A stretch of DNA of 64,000 bases from Actinomycetota bacterium. Lineage in GTDB: Bacteria > Actinomycetota > Actinomycetes > Actinomycetales > Dermatophilaceae. The notes under the pieces were generated by a model that did not search any database, had not been told where the DNA came from, and saw only the letters and a list, made by a program, of their open reading frames with translations. Below, one piece after another: positions 49,954 to 61,310 of this stretch (the stretch's first letter is position 1; every line of letters starts with the position of its first letter). Location of the stretch: contig JAIUNK010000011.1 of the NCBI GenBank assembly GCA_020161845.1, positions 41,669-105,668 on the forward strand, written 5' to 3'. The position numbers were made by a program, and so were the translations under genes.

Positions 49954-50029
49954 GGCGCGCTCGACTCGGGCCCGGTCATGGCGCGCTCGACTCGGGCCCG
50001 GTCATGGCGCGCTCGACTGGCTCGGTCAT
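49941..50029 (-). repeat. 26-bp tandem repeat x3 plus a variant, encoding AUGA-coupled mini-ORFs between thyA and folA
   Basis: Units at 49941, 49967 and 49993; mini-ORFs 50029-49976 ([17 protein letters not shown]) and 49979-49950 (MTGPESSAP). Confidence 0.85.
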
Positions 50030-50817
50030 ACCGCGATCGGAGCCTTGATGGCCGGATGGGGGTCGTAGTCGAGCAGCTGCACGTCCTCGATGGCGTAGTC
50101 CTCCAGGCGCGGCCGCGGCGTCAGCGCCAACCGGGGCAGTGCCCGGGGGGTGCGGGTGAGCTGCTCGCGGGCCTGGTCGAGGTGGTTGAGGTAGAGGTGC
50201 GCGTCGCCCAGGGTGTGCACGAAGTCGCCGACCCGCAACCCGGTGACCTGGGCGACCATGTGGGTCAGCAGGGCGTAGCTCGCGATGTTGAACGGAACGC
50301 CCAGGAAGATGTCGGCGCTGCGCTGATAGAGCTGGCAGGACAGTGCGCCGTCGGCCACGTAGAACTGGAACAACGCGTGACACGGCGGCAACGCCATCGC
50401 GTCGACCTCGGCCACATTCCAGGCCGAGACGAGATGCCGCCGGCTGTCGGGGTTGGTGCGGATGCCGTCGACCACCCTGGCGATCTGGTCGATCGTGCCA
50501 CCGTCGGGGGTCGGCCAGGACCGCCACTGGTGACCGTAGACGGGGCCGAGCTCGCCATCCTCGTCGGCCCACTCGTTCCAGATGGTGATGCCGTGCTCCT
50601 GCAGCCAGCGCACGTTGGTGCTGCCAGACAGGAACCAGATCAGCTCGCCGACGATCGAGCGCAGATGCAGCCGTTTGGTGGTGAGCGCGGGGAAGCCGGC
50701 GGCCAGGTCGAACCGCATCTGATGGCCGAAGACGGACAGCGTGCCGGTGCCGGTGCGGTCGTCGCGACGGGTGCCCTCGGCCAGGACCCGGCGCAGGAGT
50801 TCGTGGTAGGCCTGCAT
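50026..50817 (-). CDS. thyA: Thymidylate synthase
   Basis: [45 protein letters not shown]; TAGGGT -10 6 nt before ATG. Confidence 0.98.
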   Translation of the reverse strand: MQAYHELLRRVLAEGTRRDDRTGTGTLSVFGHQMRFDLAAGFPALTTKRLHLRSIVGELIWFLSGSTNVRWLQEHGITIWNEWADEDGELGPVYGHQWRSWPTPDGGTIDQIARVVDGIRTNPDSRRHLVSAWNVAEVDAMALPPCHALFQFYVADGALSCQLYQRSADIFLGVPFNIASYALLTHMVAQVTGLRVGDFVHTLGDAHLYLNHLDQAREQLTRTPRALPRLALTPRPRLEDYAIEDVQLLDYDPHPAIKAPIAV

Positions 50818-50948
50818 GGGTTCACCCTAGGGAGCGGGGCCGACAACGCTGCGCAGGCGGAGCCTGGAAGGAGACCGACCGGCCCCGGACCACGTCGAAT
50901 CGACCGAAACGAACCGACTCGCCCGGTCGAGTCGGCCGCCGGGATTGC

Positions 50949-50964
50949 TGTGAAGAGGGTCACA
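50949..50964. promoter_or_regulatory. Perfect CRP/GlxR-type box in the thyA-rnj intergenic region
   Basis: TGTGA-AGAGGG-TCACA. Confidence 0.6.
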
Positions 50965-51419
50965 CCAGGAAAGCCTCGGGAGTTCGGTAACGCGGCGGGC
51001 GCACCGGCGATACACCGTACGGTCGCGGCGCCACCCGAACCCCCGAGCGGGGTGGCGCCGCGGTCCGCTGCTTCGGGGTTGTCGTGGGCGGCTGTGCCGT
51101 CAGTGGTCAGCTCCGGATCGCGTCCGGTCGCGGCGTCCGACCGATGTGGAGTCGACATCTCCGCGCCGGTCCGACCAGACGTGACCGAACCGCCGGCGCG
51201 CGACCCCTCGTCGCGATGCCGCCGGAACGGTCGATGGCGTACGGCGCGGGTCCCAGCGGCCCGCGCCGTACCCGTGCCTGCCGACCCCGCGCCGCCGTAC
51301 CAGCCCGTGCCGAGGCCGCGCCGCCGCGGCCGGCGATTCGGGCGCTGTCGGCCCCTGGCGCTACCGTGAACTCACGGGTGCAGCCGCTGCCCGTACCCGC
51401 ACGCGTCGCCAGGAGCCCT

Positions 51420-53105
51420 GTGAGTCATCCCCATCCCGAGCTGTCCAGCCCCCCGCCGCTGCCCGCCGGTGGGGTGCGCATCGTGGCCCTCGGTGGCCTC
51501 GGTGAGGTCGGCCGCAACATGACGGTGATCGAGCACGAGGACCGCCTCCTCGTCGTCGACTGCGGCGTCCTGTTCCCGGACGACCACCAGCCCGGGGTGG
51601 ATCTGATCCTGCCGGACTTCGAATACATCGAGGACCGGCTGGGTGACATCGAGGCGATCGTGCTGACGCACGGGCACGAGGACCACATCGGCGCGCTGCC
51701 CTATCTGCTGCGGTTGCGTGACGACGTGCCGCTGCTCGGGTCGCGGCTCACCCTGGCCCTTGTCGAGGCCAAGCTCAAGGAACACAAGATCACCCCCGTG
51801 ACCATGGAGGTCCGGGAGGGGGACCGGCACCAGCTGCCGCACTTCGACCTGGAGTTCCTCGCCGTCAACCACTCCATCCCGGACGCGCTCGCCGTGGCCA
51901 TCCGCACCGGCGGCGGCCTGCTGCTGCACACCGGCGACTTCAAGATGGACCAGCTGCCCCTGGATCGCCGCATCACCGACCTGCGCGGCTTCGCCCGGCT
52001 CGGCGAGGAGGGCGTCGACCTCTTCCTGACCGACTCCACGAACGCCGACGTCCCCGGGTTCACGATGCACGAGAGCGACATCTACCCGGCGCTGGAACGG
52101 GTCTTCGAGAAGGCCGAACGCCGGATCGTGGTGGCCTGCTTCTCCTCGCACGTGCACCGGGTGCAGCAGGTCTTCGACGCCGCCGAGGAGTTCGGTCGCA
52201 AGGTCGCGCTGGTCGGCCGCTCGATGGTGCGCAACATGACCATCGCCGAGGAGCTGGGCTACCTGCGGGTCCCGCAACGCACCCTGGTCGACTTCAAGAA
52301 GCTCGGCGACTATCCCGAGGACGAGCAGGTGCTGGTGTGCACGGGCTCGCAGGGTGAGCCGATGGCCGCGCTGTCGCGGATGGCGAACCGGGATCACCAG
52401 ATCGAGGTGGGCGTCGGCGACACGGTGGTGCTGGCGTCCTCGCTGATCCCCGGCAACGAGAACGCGGTCTACCGGGTCATCAACGGGCTCATGCGGCTGG
52501 GCGCGCACGTGGTGCACCGCGGCAACGCCAAGGTGCACGTCTCGGGTCACGCCAGCGCAGGGGAGTTGCTGTATTGCTACAACATCGTGCGCCCCACCAA
52601 CGTGATGCCGGTGCACGGTGAGTGGCGCCACCTGGTCGCCAACGCCGCGCTCGCCGAGGCCACCGGGGTGCCCAAGCGGCGCGTCGTGCTGGCGGAGAAC
52701 GGGGTGGTCGTCGACCTGATCGACGGCATCGCACAGATCAGCGGTGCCGTCGACTGCGGATATGTCTATGTGGACGGGTCGTCCGTCGGCAGCACGGACG
52801 AGGCGCTGCTGAAGGACCGACGGATCCTGCGCGACGAGGGCTTCGTGACCGTGATCGTCGCGGTGGACGCCAGCCGCGGCAAGGTCGCCCAGGACCCCGA
52901 GATCCTGTCCCGCGGGGTGGCCGAGGGCGACGAGACCTTCCGTCGCGTCGGCCCGGTGCTGGTCAAGGCCGTCGAGGAGGCCATCGGCAAGGGCGTCGTG
53001 GACCCCTATCAGCTCCAGCAGATCGTGCGGCGCACGGTGGGTTCGTACGTCGGGGGCAGGCTGCGCCGCCGCCCCATGATCATCCCGGTCGTCATCGAGG
53101 TCTGA
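51420..53105 (+). CDS. rnj: Ribonuclease J
   Basis: LGGLGEVGRNM, LTHGHEDHIG, HTGDFKMDQ, DSTNA, HVSGHA, PVHGE; AGGAG SD. Confidence 0.97.
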   Translation: MSHPHPELSSPPPLPAGGVRIVALGGLGEVGRNMTVIEHEDRLLVVDCGVLFPDDHQPGVDLILPDFEYIEDRLGDIEAIVLTHGHEDHIGALPYLLRLRDDVPLLGSRLTLALVEAKLKEHKITPVTMEVREGDRHQLPHFDLEFLAVNHSIPDALAVAIRTGGGLLLHTGDFKMDQLPLDRRITDLRGFARLGEEGVDLFLTDSTNADVPGFTMHESDIYPALERVFEKAERRIVVACFSSHVHRVQQVFDAAEEFGRKVALVGRSMVRNMTIAEELGYLRVPQRTLVDFKKLGDYPEDEQVLVCTGSQGEPMAALSRMANRDHQIEVGVGDTVVLASSLIPGNENAVYRVINGLMRLGAHVVHRGNAKVHVSGHASAGELLYCYNIVRPTNVMPVHGEWRHLVANAALAEATGVPKRRVVLAENGVVVDLIDGIAQISGAVDCGYVYVDGSSVGSTDEALLKDRRILRDEGFVTVIVAVDASRGKVAQDPEILSRGVAEGDETFRRVGPVLVKAVEEAIGKGVVDPYQLQQIVRRTVGSYVGGRLRRRPMIIPVVIEV

Positions 53106-53131
53106 GTTCATCCGGCGCGAACCGCGACAGG

Positions 53132-53866
53132 TCAGGCGCGCAGCAGGGCGTCCAGGTGGCGGGCCGCGAGATCGGCGAGCCGGCGACCCTCGACGTACCG
53201 CGCCGCGCTGGCCCGCTGACTCACCGCGGACGGGCTGATGTCGAGCAGTCCCGCGCAATCGCGACCGGTGTGTCCCTGGTCCATGAGGTCGGCCACGGCC
53301 CAGCCCTCGCGGCTGCGCCGCCGCCAGAGATCGGCGAGGACCCACAGACAGGTCTCGGCGTCCTCGACGCTCTTGGCCGGCAACGCCACGCGGCCGCGGC
53401 CGCGGCTGGCCCGAACCGCAATGCCCTGGTGCGCCCGCCGGGCGGCGCCCAGGGCGACGCGAGCGGCGGCGTACGCCGGCGCGGGGGGCGCCGCCTGCGC
53501 CGGCACGCTCTCCGAGTCCCCGCGCCCGCGGTCCGAATCGGCATCCGAGCGCCCCGCCGCCCGGTCGGCGCTGGGGGCTACGGGTCCCGGGCCGCAGCCC
53601 ACGCCGACGGCCCCGGTACCGGAACGGACCAGGTGGGCCAGTGCGGCGACAGCCGCCGCGCCGTCGGGCGGGTTTGCCTCCACGACCGCGCCGCCCGCGG
53701 CCGCGGGGGCGGTCCACCAGGGCAGTTCGAGAGCGGGTGGGGTCGGCGGCCGGCCGGGCATGGTGTCGGCTCCGACGGCCACCACCAGCACGCTCGGTGC
53801 CGCTGCGGCGCCGAGCCTGCTGGTCGGCCGGCCCCGGCCGGCCGGGGCACCGCGCGAGGGCGTCAT
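53132..53866 (-). CDS. SatD-like protein with C-terminal HTH
   Basis: AVGVGCGP, AY.AAR.A, and a C-terminal A.LL.ISPSAVSQR HTH; TAAACT -10 candidate. Confidence 0.65.
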   Translation of the reverse strand: MTPSRGAPAGRGRPTSRLGAAAAPSVLVVAVGADTMPGRPPTPPALELPWWTAPAAAGGAVVEANPPDGAAAVAALAHLVRSGTGAVGVGCGPGPVAPSADRAAGRSDADSDRGRGDSESVPAQAAPPAPAYAAARVALGAARRAHQGIAVRASRGRGRVALPAKSVEDAETCLWVLADLWRRRSREGWAVADLMDQGHTGRDCAGLLDISPSAVSQRASAARYVEGRRLADLAARHLDALLRA

Positions 53867-53956
53867 GACCCGGCAGTTTAGCCACCGGTCTTCACTTGGA
53901 CGGCCGCCCCGGCGCGCCTGCGCAGCGTTGTCGGAGGCGTCACCTAGCCTGCGAAG

Positions 53957-56914
53957 GTGGTGAATCGCGCCTCGACAGGAAGCCGGACCGGACCGCAGGG
54001 GGCCGCTCGGCCTGCGCAGCGTCCCGGAACTGGGCGCGGTGCTGGTGCCGCCGGCCGCTCGCCCGGGCGGGCCGGTCCGAAGGGTGGTGGGCTGCCGCTG
54101 CCGCTGCGAGCGCTGCGCGGCACCTGGACGGGGGTGGCGAACGTGACGGGCAACGCCGTACGCCGGGTGGGCTCGACGGCCGGCGACCTGGAGCCGCAGC
54201 ACCGTCGCGACGGTGCAGGCCTGTTCTTGATCGCGCTGGCGATCGTGGTGGCGGCGCGGGAGTGGTGGGGTCTGCCGGGCACGGTCGGGGACGTCATCCA
54301 CGCGGTGGCGGCCGGCACCTTCGGGCGCGTCGCGCTCGTCCTGCCCGTCGCGCTGTTCGCGCTCGGCGCCCGGCTGCTGCGCGATCCCGACGACGTGCAG
54401 GGCACGAATCGGGTCCTGATCGGCGGCGCGGCGCTGGCCCTGGCCGCCTGCGGCCTGGTGCACATCGCCTTCGACGTCCCCACCCCGTTCGCCTCTTTCG
54501 AGCCGGTCCGAGACGCTGGGGGAGTTCTCGGCTATCTCGCTGCCGCACCGCTCGTGGCGGGTCTGCGGGCCTGGGGGGCGATCCCACTGCTGGTGTTGTT
54601 GGGCTTCTTCGGGCTGCTGGTCATCACGGCCACGCCGGTGCACCGAATCCCCGACCGGGTGCGCGATGCCTACCGGCGGCTGTTCGGTCTGGGCGTCGAG
54701 GACCCCGAGGCACGGCTCGGCCTGGACGGCGCGGGCGGGACGGCAGCGGGTGCCGACGGAAGCACCGGCGGACGACGTCGCCGGCGCGGCGCCGCCAAGG
54801 GCGACGAAGGACCGCTGCACGGGGACGAGGCCTTCGAGCAGGCCGCTCAGGTGCACCGCGCCCGGGGTGGGCGGCTGCTGCGCCGCCGGGGTTCGGACTC
54901 AGGGACCGACGGCGACGGCCACCGCAACGGTGTCGGCTCCCACGACGGAAGTGGCGACAGTGCCGGACCGACCGGGATGCGGCCTGGCGGTGGGTCCGCC
55001 GCAGCGGTCGACTCCGCCGGGGCGGCTGCGCTGTCGGCCGCCCGGGCCGGGGCTGCCGCGTCGGCAGCACCGATCACCGCGCCGGGGGAGCAGGACGCGG
55101 CCGGCCCGGACGACCGGGGCCACCGGAGTCGCGGCGCCACCGTCTCGCCGGACCAGGCCCAGTCCGACTCGCCAGGACCGGTCGAGAAGCCCGTTCTGAC
55201 CGCGCCCCCGACCGACCCGCTGCCGCAGCGTGTCGAGCAGCTCGCGCTGGCGGGCGACATCGCCTACACGCTGCCCGACCCGGCACTGCTGGCGCCGGGC
55301 ACGCTGCCGAAGGCGCGCAGCGCCGCCAACGACCGGGTCGTCGAGTCGCTGACCCAGGTGCTGGACCAGTTCGCCATCGACGCGCAGGTCACGGGCTTCA
55401 TGCGGGGGCCGACCGTGACCCGCTACGAGGTCGAGTTGGGCCCCGGCATCAAGGTCGAGCGGGTCACCGCGCTGAGCAAGAACATCGCGTATGCCGTGGC
55501 CAGCGCCGACGTACGGATCCTGTCGCCGATCCCGGGCAAATCCGCGATCGGCATCGAGATCCCGAATGCCGATCGGGAGAAGGTCAGCCTGGGCGACGTC
55601 CTGCGCAGCCAGGTGGCGCACAAGAACACGCACCCGATGGTGATGGGTGTGGGCAAGGACGTCGAGGGTGGTTATGTCATTGCCAACCTGGCGAAGATGC
55701 CGCACATGCTCGTCGCCGGCGCCACCGGTTCGGGCAAGTCGAGCTTCGTCAATTCGATGATCACCTCGATCCTGATGCGGTCCACCCCGGATGAGGTGCG
55801 CCTGATCCTCGTGGACCCCAAGCGGGTCGAGCTCACCGCCTACGACGGCATCCCGCACCTGATCACGCCGATCATCACCAGCCCGAAGAAGGCGGCCGAG
55901 GCGTTGCAGTGGGTGGTCCGGGAGATGGACGCCCGATACGACGACCTGGCCGCGTTCGGCTACAAGCACATCGACGACTTCAACAAGGCCGTGCGGACCG
56001 GCGTCGTCAAGCCGCTGCCGGGGTCCGAGCGGGTGATCCAGCCCTATCCCTACCTGCTCGTCGTCGTCGACGAGCTTGCCGACCTGATGATGGTCGCCCC
56101 CCGAGACGTCGAGGAATCCATCGTTCGGATCACGCAGCTCGCCCGCGCCGCCGGCATTCACCTGGTGCTGGCCACGCAGCGGCCGTCCGTGGACGTCGTC
56201 ACCGGCCTCATCAAGGCCAACGTGCCGAGCCGGATGGCGTTCGCGACCTCATCGCTGGCGGACAGCCGCGTCGTGCTCGACCAGCCGGGCGCGGAGAAGC
56301 TCATCGGTCAGGGCGACGCCCTTTTCCTGCCGATGGGGGTCAGCAAGCCGATGCGTGTGCAGGGCGCCTGGGTGACCGAGAGCGAGATTCACCAGGTCGT
56401 CAAGCATGTCACCGAGCAGCTCAAGCCGTCCTATCGCGACGACGTGACCGTCAAGGCCGCCGGCAAGATCGTCGACGAGGAGATCGGCGATGATCTGGAG
56501 CTGCTGATCCAGGCGACCGAGCTGATCGTGACCAGTCAGTTCGGGTCCACGTCGATGCTGCAGCGCAAGCTCCGGGTCGGTTTCGCCAAGGCCGGGCGTC
56601 TGATGGACCTGTTGGAGACCCGTGGCGTGGTCGGTCCCTCGGAAGGCAGCAAGGCCCGCGACGTCCTGGTCAAGCCCGACGACCTGCCCGCCACCCTCGC
56701 GCTGATCAAGGGCGAGGAGCCACCGCGTGACGACGACGACGACCCGGGCTTCGATGACTTGGGCTTCGACGGCCCAGGGGCCGAGAGCTCGGGATACGAC
56801 GGCTCGAGGTCCGACAGCTCCCCGCGACGATCGGCATCATCGGGGTACGCGGACGGCGGCGATGGCGATGGCGACGCGTGGGAGCTGACCGGCCGCGGGC
56901 CGGACCGCTACTGA
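53957..56914 (+). CDS. ftsK: DNA translocase FtsK/SpoIIIE
   Basis: N-terminal TM domain, [43 protein letters not shown], gamma domain [12 protein letters not shown]. Confidence 0.97.
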   Translation: MVNRASTGSRTGPQGAARPAQRPGTGRGAGAAGRSPGRAGPKGGGLPLPLRALRGTWTGVANVTGNAVRRVGSTAGDLEPQHRRDGAGLFLIALAIVVAAREWWGLPGTVGDVIHAVAAGTFGRVALVLPVALFALGARLLRDPDDVQGTNRVLIGGAALALAACGLVHIAFDVPTPFASFEPVRDAGGVLGYLAAAPLVAGLRAWGAIPLLVLLGFFGLLVITATPVHRIPDRVRDAYRRLFGLGVEDPEARLGLDGAGGTAAGADGSTGGRRRRRGAAKGDEGPLHGDEAFEQAAQVHRARGGRLLRRRGSDSGTDGDGHRNGVGSHDGSGDSAGPTGMRPGGGSAAAVDSAGAAALSAARAGAAASAAPITAPGEQDAAGPDDRGHRSRGATVSPDQAQSDSPGPVEKPVLTAPPTDPLPQRVEQLALAGDIAYTLPDPALLAPGTLPKARSAANDRVVESLTQVLDQFAIDAQVTGFMRGPTVTRYEVELGPGIKVERVTALSKNIAYAVASADVRILSPIPGKSAIGIEIPNADREKVSLGDVLRSQVAHKNTHPMVMGVGKDVEGGYVIANLAKMPHMLVAGATGSGKSSFVNSMITSILMRSTPDEVRLILVDPKRVELTAYDGIPHLITPIITSPKKAAEALQWVVREMDARYDDLAAFGYKHIDDFNKAVRTGVVKPLPGSERVIQPYPYLLVVVDELADLMMVAPRDVEESIVRITQLARAAGIHLVLATQRPSVDVVTGLIKANVPSRMAFATSSLADSRVVLDQPGAEKLIGQGDALFLPMGVSKPMRVQGAWVTESEIHQVVKHVTEQLKPSYRDDVTVKAAGKIVDEEIGDDLELLIQATELIVTSQFGSTSMLQRKLRVGFAKAGRLMDLLETRGVVGPSEGSKARDVLVKPDDLPATLALIKGEEPPRDDDDDPGFDDLGFDGPGAESSGYDGSRSDSSPRRSASSGYADGGDGDGDAWELTGRGPDRY

Positions 56915-56980
56915 TCCAACAGCCGACCCGAGCCGGCGCGAATCAGCCTGAGCCGGCGTGAATCGGGCCGAGTCAGCGGG

Positions 56981-58114
56981 TCAGCCCGTTGCCGCGTCCT
57001 CGACGTCGCGCAGCATCCGCAGCGCGTTCTCGCCGGCCAGCTTGCGCAGCTCCGCGGCCGACCACCCACGCTCCGCCAGGGCCGCGAACAGGGTGGGGTA
57101 GCAGGAGACGTCCTCCAGGCCGACCGGCAGCGCATCAATGCCGTCGTAGTCCCCGCCGAGGCCGACGTGGTCGATCCCGGCCACCTCGCGGACGTGCTCC
57201 ACGTGCGCGACGACGTCCGCCACCGTGGCCACCGGCCGCTGCGCGCCGCGGGTCGCCATGAAGGCCTTGAAGCCCACATAGTCCCGCGCGTCGACCCCCT
57301 CGGCCGCGGCGTCCTGCAGCATGTCGCTGATCCAGTCGGCACACTGCTGGGACACGAACTGCGGCACGAAGGTGACCATGCAGGTGCCGCCCCCGGCGGC
57401 CATCGCCGCCAGCACGTCGTCCGGGACATTGCGGGGGGAGTCACACACCGCCCGCGCGCTGGAGTGGCTGAACAGGACCGGTGCCGTGCTGACCGCCAAG
57501 GCCGCCCGCATCGTGTCCGCGGAGGTGTGCGACAGGTCCACGATCATCCCGATCCGGTTCATCTCCGCGACGACCTCGCGCCCGAAGTCGGTGAGACCGC
57601 CGCAGTCGGGTTCATCCGTGGCCGAATCGGCCCAGCCCACGTTGTGGTTGTGCGTCAGCGTCAAATAGCGCACGCCGAGGACATAGAGGCACCGCAGCAC
57701 ACCCAGCGACCCCCCGATGCTGTGCCCGCCCTCGGCGCCCATCAGCGAGGCGATGCGACCGTCCCGATGGGCCGCCACGACGTCTTCGACGGTGCGCGCC
57801 GCGACGAGGTCGGCCGGGTACCGTCGGGTCATCTCCTGGACCGCCGCCACCTGCTCGAACGTGGCCGTCAGGATCTCCGACTCCGACAGCGTGGCCGGCA
57901 CGTAGACCGACCAGAACTGCGCGCCGACGCCGCCGGCCCGGAGTCGGGGGATGTCGGTGTGCACCCGGGGCTGCACCGCGGCGATATCGAGGTCGTCCCA
58001 GTCGTACGCCGCGAGCTGACGCGCCGCCCAGGGCAGGTCGTTGTGGCCGTCGACGAGGACGGCCTCGGCGAGGAGATCACGGATCGCTGCCGGCGGCAGC
58101 TCTGCGGCGGACAT
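56981..58114 (-). CDS. Membrane dipeptidase (peptidase M19)
   Basis: [49 protein letters not shown]. Confidence 0.95.
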   Translation of the reverse strand: MSAAELPPAAIRDLLAEAVLVDGHNDLPWAARQLAAYDWDDLDIAAVQPRVHTDIPRLRAGGVGAQFWSVYVPATLSESEILTATFEQVAAVQEMTRRYPADLVAARTVEDVVAAHRDGRIASLMGAEGGHSIGGSLGVLRCLYVLGVRYLTLTHNHNVGWADSATDEPDCGGLTDFGREVVAEMNRIGMIVDLSHTSADTMRAALAVSTAPVLFSHSSARAVCDSPRNVPDDVLAAMAAGGGTCMVTFVPQFVSQQCADWISDMLQDAAAEGVDARDYVGFKAFMATRGAQRPVATVADVVAHVEHVREVAGIDHVGLGGDYDGIDALPVGLEDVSCYPTLFAALAERGWSAAELRKLAGENALRMLRDVEDAATG

Positions 58115-58213
58115 AGTTCCATGCTGCCGCACCGCACTGACTCCTCATGCCGGCCGGTGACCCGGTGCGCCGGTGAGCCGGTCAGCCGGTGGGCGCCCCG
58201 TACAGTGGTGCCC

Positions 58214-59719
58214 ATGACCGAGGCAGCGGGGCGGCAGGACCCGGCGTCCCCGCCCCGGGGCTCCGTCGCGGTGGTGACCCTCGGCTGCGCCCGCAACGAG
58301 GTCGACTCCGAAGAACTCGCCGGCCGCCTTGCCGAACAGGGCTGGCAGCTGACCGCGGACCCGGTCGATGCGGACGTCGCCGTCGTGAACACCTGCGGAT
58401 TCATCGCCCAGGCAAAGAAGGACTCCATCGACGCCCTGCTGGAGGCGGCCGACCTGAAGGGGCGCGGTCGTACGCGCGCGGTCGTTGCGGTGGGCTGCCT
58501 CGCGGAGCGGTACGGCGCCGAGCTGGCGGCGGAACTCCCCGAGGCCGACGCGGTGTTGGGTTTCGACAGCTACGCCGACCTGTCCAGCCACCTGGCCACG
58601 GTGTTGGCTGGCGGCCGCCCCGCCGCGCACCAGCCCACGGACCGCCGCGGCCTCCTGCCGCTCAGTCCGGTGGCGCGCCCGGACGCGGCCCGGTCGGTGA
58701 TGGTGCCCGGCCACGGCGTACCCACCCCCGGCGCCACCCGCGCCGGCGCCGCGGACCTCGCCGTGGACCCCGCTGCGGCGACCCCCGGCGTCGGGGCGCA
58801 CCCCCGGCTGCGCCTCGACGACCGCCCGTGGGCGCCGCTGAAGATCGCCAGCGGTTGCGACCGGCGCTGCACGTTCTGCGCGATCCCCGCCTTCCGCGGT
58901 TCGTTCGTGTCCCGCCCCCCGGCGGACCTGCTCGCCGAGGCCCGCTGGCTGGCCGACCAAGGTGTCCGGGAGCTGTTCCTGGTCAGCGAGAACTCGACGT
59001 CATACGGCAAGGACCTCGGCGATCTGCGGCTGCTGGATTCCCTGTTGCCCGAGCTCGCGGCCGTCGAGGGCATCGATCGGGTCCGGGTCAGCTATCTGCA
59101 GCCGGCCGAGCTGCGCCCAGCCTTGCTGCACGCCATCGCAGGCACCCGCGGCGTCGCGCCCTACTTCGACCTGTCCTTCCAGCACGCCAGTGAGCCCGTG
59201 CTGCGCAGGATGCGGCGGTTCGGGTCGGCCGAGGCGTTCCTGGAGCTGATCGAGCGGGTCCGGCAGCTGGCGCCGACGGCGGGCCTGCGTGCCAACGTGA
59301 TCGTGGGATTCCCCGGTGAGACGGCGCGGGACGTCGAGGTTCTGGCCGCCTTCCTGGCGGCGGCCCGGCTGGACGTGTGTGGGGTGTTCGGCTATTCGGA
59401 CGAGGACGGCACCGAGGCGCAGACTCTCCCGGACAAGGTGGCTCCGGAGGAGATCGAGGAGCGGTTCGCGCGCATCTCCAGCCTGGTGGAGGAGCTGACC
59501 GCACAGCGTGCCGAGGAGCGCTGGGGCGAGCGGGTGGTGGTGCTCGTGGAGGAGATCGACCAGGACGGTACGCCGCTCGGACGCGCCGCCCATCAGGGGC
59601 CCGACGTCGATGGGATCTGCCAGCTCATCGGCGACATCGAGGACGCCACCCCGGGCCGGTTGGTGCGCGGCGAGGTCGTCGGCAGCGAGGGCGCCGACCT
59701 GGTCGTGGAGCTGTCGTGA
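58214..59719 (+). CDS. rimO: Ribosomal protein S12 methylthiotransferase
   Basis: [37 protein letters not shown] radical-SAM motif, C-terminal TRAM-like region. Confidence 0.95.
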   Translation: MTEAAGRQDPASPPRGSVAVVTLGCARNEVDSEELAGRLAEQGWQLTADPVDADVAVVNTCGFIAQAKKDSIDALLEAADLKGRGRTRAVVAVGCLAERYGAELAAELPEADAVLGFDSYADLSSHLATVLAGGRPAAHQPTDRRGLLPLSPVARPDAARSVMVPGHGVPTPGATRAGAADLAVDPAAATPGVGAHPRLRLDDRPWAPLKIASGCDRRCTFCAIPAFRGSFVSRPPADLLAEARWLADQGVRELFLVSENSTSYGKDLGDLRLLDSLLPELAAVEGIDRVRVSYLQPAELRPALLHAIAGTRGVAPYFDLSFQHASEPVLRRMRRFGSAEAFLELIERVRQLAPTAGLRANVIVGFPGETARDVEVLAAFLAAARLDVCGVFGYSDEDGTEAQTLPDKVAPEEIEERFARISSLVEELTAQRAEERWGERVVVLVEEIDQDGTPLGRAAHQGPDVDGICQLIGDIEDATPGRLVRGEVVGSEGADLVVELS

Positions 59720-60306
59720 GCGCCTCCACGCCCGCGGTCAGCCCGTGGAACCTGCCCAATGCGCTGACCCTGCTGCGGATCGCGATGGTGCCGGTGTACG
59801 GCGTCCTGCTGCTCACCGACGGCGGCACCCGCACCGACCTGCGCTGGTGGGCGGTCGGGGTGTTCACGCTGGCGATGCTCACGGACCGGCTCGACGGCGA
59901 GATCGCCCGCGCCAAGGGGCTCGTCACCGACTTCGGCAAGGTCGCCGACCCGATCGCCGACAAGACGCTGACGGGGATGGGTCTGGTCGGGCTCTCGATG
60001 ATCGGTGCGCTGTGGTGGTGGGTCACGATCATCGTGCTGGTCCGGGAGGTCGGCGTCACGGTGCTGCGGTTCGCCGTGCTCCGCTACGGCGTGATCCCCG
60101 CCAGCCGGGGCGGCAAACTCAAGACCACGCTCCAGGCGGTCGGGCTGGGCCTGCTGACCGCGCCCCTCGGGCCACCGTGGTGGTGGGCAGCCGTGGCCGT
60201 GATGGCGGCGGCGGTGGTGGTCACGATCGTCACCGGGGTCGACTATGTGGGTCGCGCGCGCCGTTTGATGGCGCAGCGATCGGCCCCGGCCGACACGTCC
60301 CCGTGA
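59716..60306 (+). CDS. pgsA: CDP-diacylglycerol--glycerol-3-phosphate 3-phosphatidyltransferase
   Basis: [39 protein letters not shown]. Confidence 0.95.
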   Translation: MSASTPAVSPWNLPNALTLLRIAMVPVYGVLLLTDGGTRTDLRWWAVGVFTLAMLTDRLDGEIARAKGLVTDFGKVADPIADKTLTGMGLVGLSMIGALWWWVTIIVLVREVGVTVLRFAVLRYGVIPASRGGKLKTTLQAVGLGLLTAPLGPPWWWAAVAVMAAAVVVTIVTGVDYVGRARRLMAQRSAPADTSP

Positions 60307-60845
60307 GGTCGACGCCGGTCCCGGAGCCCGTCCCGGCGCCCGGTTTAGAGCCCGTCGGGGATCTCGCCGCCCGGCTGATCGCCGACCTGGTTGCGGCCGG
60401 GCACAGCGTGGCGACGGCCGAGTCGCTCACCGGCGGTCTGGTGGTGGCGACGTTGATCGACGTCCCGGGTGCCTCGGCGGTGGTGACCGGCGGCATCGTG
60501 GCCTATCAGGACGAGGTGAAGACGGCCCTGCTCGGCGTGTCAGCGGCGGTGCTGCTCGAGAGGGGCGCCGTCTGCGTCGAGGTCGCCGAGGCGCTGGCGA
60601 CCGGAGCCCGGGAGCGGCTCGGGGCCACCTGGGGGGTGGGCACCACCGGGGTGGCCGGCCCCGGGCCCGCGGCCGGCGTCCCGGCCGGCACGGTCTTTGT
60701 CGCCGTCGCCGGCCCGGGGGGTGTGTCGGCTCGGGCGCTGTCCTGCACCGGGTCGCGTGCCCAGGTCAGGGCGGCGGCTGTGGCCGGGGCGCTGCAGCTG
60801 CTGGGCGATCTCCTGACGTCAGCCACGACGCATCCGAGACCGTGA
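60303..60845 (+). CDS. cinA: CinA C-terminal domain / PncC nicotinamide mononucleotide deamidase
   Basis: VATAESLTGG, PGAS....GG.VAY....K..LLGV, TTGVAGP, GTVFVA. Confidence 0.92.
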   Translation: MRSTPVPEPVPAPGLEPVGDLAARLIADLVAAGHSVATAESLTGGLVVATLIDVPGASAVVTGGIVAYQDEVKTALLGVSAAVLLERGAVCVEVAEALATGARERLGATWGVGTTGVAGPGPAAGVPAGTVFVAVAGPGGVSARALSCTGSRAQVRAAAVAGALQLLGDLLTSATTHPRP

Positions 60846-60977
60846 CGCGCTAGCGGCCATCGGCGGTTATCCTGGCGTCAACAGGTTGACAGGGAAGTTA
60901 TGGCTGGCGGTTCCCAAGCACCTCGCCCGCCCGTTTCCCGTCGACCCGATCTCGGCTCAGTTCAGGGAGGTAGGCGC

Positions 60978-61277
60978 ATGATCCTGCTCAGGCGGGAGAT
61001 GGGTGACGCCCTGCGTGAGTGCCGGGTCGGTCAGGGTCGCACACTCCGCGACATTTCGTCGGCCGCCTCCGTGTCGCTGGGATATCTCAGCGAGATCGAG
61101 CGCGGCGAGAAGGAAGCCTCCTCCGAACTGCTCGCCGCCGTGTGCGGCGCCCTCGCCCTGCCGATGTCCGAGCTGCTGGAACGTGTCGCCCAGCGCGCCG
61201 CACGCGCCGAGACGGCGTGTGCCCCGGTGGCGCTGCCGGTGCCGCAGAACCTGACGGTCCAGGCCTCGGCCGCCTGA
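60978..61277 (+). CDS. clgR: XRE-family HTH regulator, ClgR-like
   Basis: LLRRE.GD.LR..R..QGRTLR.IS....[20 protein letters not shown]; conserved pgsA-cinA-clgR order. Confidence 0.88.
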   Translation: MILLRREMGDALRECRVGQGRTLRDISSAASVSLGYLSEIERGEKEASSELLAAVCGALALPMSELLERVAQRAARAETACAPVALPVPQNLTVQASAA

Positions 61278-61310
61278 CGGGCTGTCCGGCGAGCGCGGGT
61301 CGGCGGCCGT

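Noticed and set aside
49976-50029. Frameshifted folA pseudogene
   Set aside because: The DHFR ORF from 49953 is intact with all motifs; only the short N-terminal extension is affected.
50818-51419. Known riboswitch (ZTP, SAM-IV, TPP, cobalamin, c-di-AMP) or 6C RNA upstream of thyA/rnj
   Set aside because: No diagnostic conserved cores seen; only one C-rich hairpin is present.
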